This document shows, piece by piece, positions 5,072 to 5,159 of a stretch of DNA of 5,159 bases. Source of the stretch: Vibrio cholerae ATCC 14035 (GTDB lineage Bacteria; Pseudomonadota; Gammaproteobacteria; Enterobacterales; Vibrionaceae); contig NZ_JHXR01000051.1 in assembly GCF_000621645.1 (NCBI RefSeq), forward strand, positions 1-5,159, written 5' to 3'. A model generated the notes under the pieces. The model was given only the letters and a program-made list of their open reading frames with translations. It ran no database searches and was not told where the DNA came from. A program made the position numbers and the translations under genes. Each line of letters begins with the position of its first letter. Within the stretch, counting starts at the first letter, position 1.

Positions 5072-5159
5072 TAACGCCCGCAAGGGGCTGGCAACGCATT
5101 AACACTAAACTCAAACACAACAACTGCAACCACCGCGGCTCAATGGGACTGGAAACGCC
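5072..5159 (-). repeat. attC site (VCR-type), partial (window edge), with a 2-nt deletion variant 'cgcccgcaagggg'
   Basis: It aligns to the left arm and centre of the other VCRs. It lacks the 'ct' of the consensus 'cgcccgcctaagggg'. Confidence 0.9.

Larger units (their letters stand above)
1..5159 (-). mobile_element. Chromosomal (super)integron gene-cassette array segment, Vibrio VCR type. It has eight cassettes and no integrase in the window.
   Basis: Nine copies of the same ~123-bp attC-like repeat occur at irregular spacing of about 470-1000 bp. Each interval holds at most one short gene, and all genes are co-oriented on the minus strand. Repeat ends carry TAAC (inverse core) and GTTA (core) on the minus strand. 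Confidence 0.93.

Noticed and set aside
1-5159. Regularly recurring ~123-bp repeats as a CRISPR array
   Set aside because: The repeats are far too long. The spacers are 470-1000 bp and contain genes. The repeat has the two-armed imperfect palindrome and the TAAC...GTTA ends of attC sites.
1-5159. Toxin-antitoxin pair, common in Vibrio superintegrons
   Set aside because: No cassette here has two adjacent small co-oriented or inverted ORFs, and no recognisable RelE/ParE/HigB/Phd-type sequence is visible.

Overview
The window is a segment of a Vibrio-type chromosomal (super)integron cassette array, read here in reverse orientation. Nine copies of a ~123-bp imperfect-palindromic repeat, two of them cut by the window edges, match the Vibrio cholerae repeat (VCR) class of attC sites. 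Each runs on the + strand from 'TAACGCCCGCCTAAGGGGCTGRCAACGC' to 'GCGTTGACAGTCCCTCTTGAGGCGTTTGTTA'. They delimit eight cassettes. All supportable genes are on the minus strand, so the integrase, attI and Pc should lie beyond the right edge. Five cassettes carry one gene each: a GNAT acetyltransferase, a DUF2971-like protein, a VOC/glyoxalase-fold protein, a very acidic 104-aa orphan, and a GTG-initiated protein with a two-helix hydrophobic hairpin. Three cassettes have no convincing ORF. Two of these are 410-bp paralogues at about 88-89% identity by hand alignment, sharing a 67-nt invariant core and a hairpin kept by a compensatory base-pair change. The third holds two ~69-nt direct repeats that overlap Cys-rich micro-ORFs. 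Several ORF-track entries are artefacts of translating through VCRs (the recurring 'MRCQPLRRAL' peptide), and I trimmed the starts accordingly. The most interesting material is the ORF-less cassettes as candidate structured RNAs and the uncharacterised single-gene cassettes. The phage-defence and counter-defence roles I suggest for them rest only on reported precedent for sedentary integrons, not on anything in this sequence.
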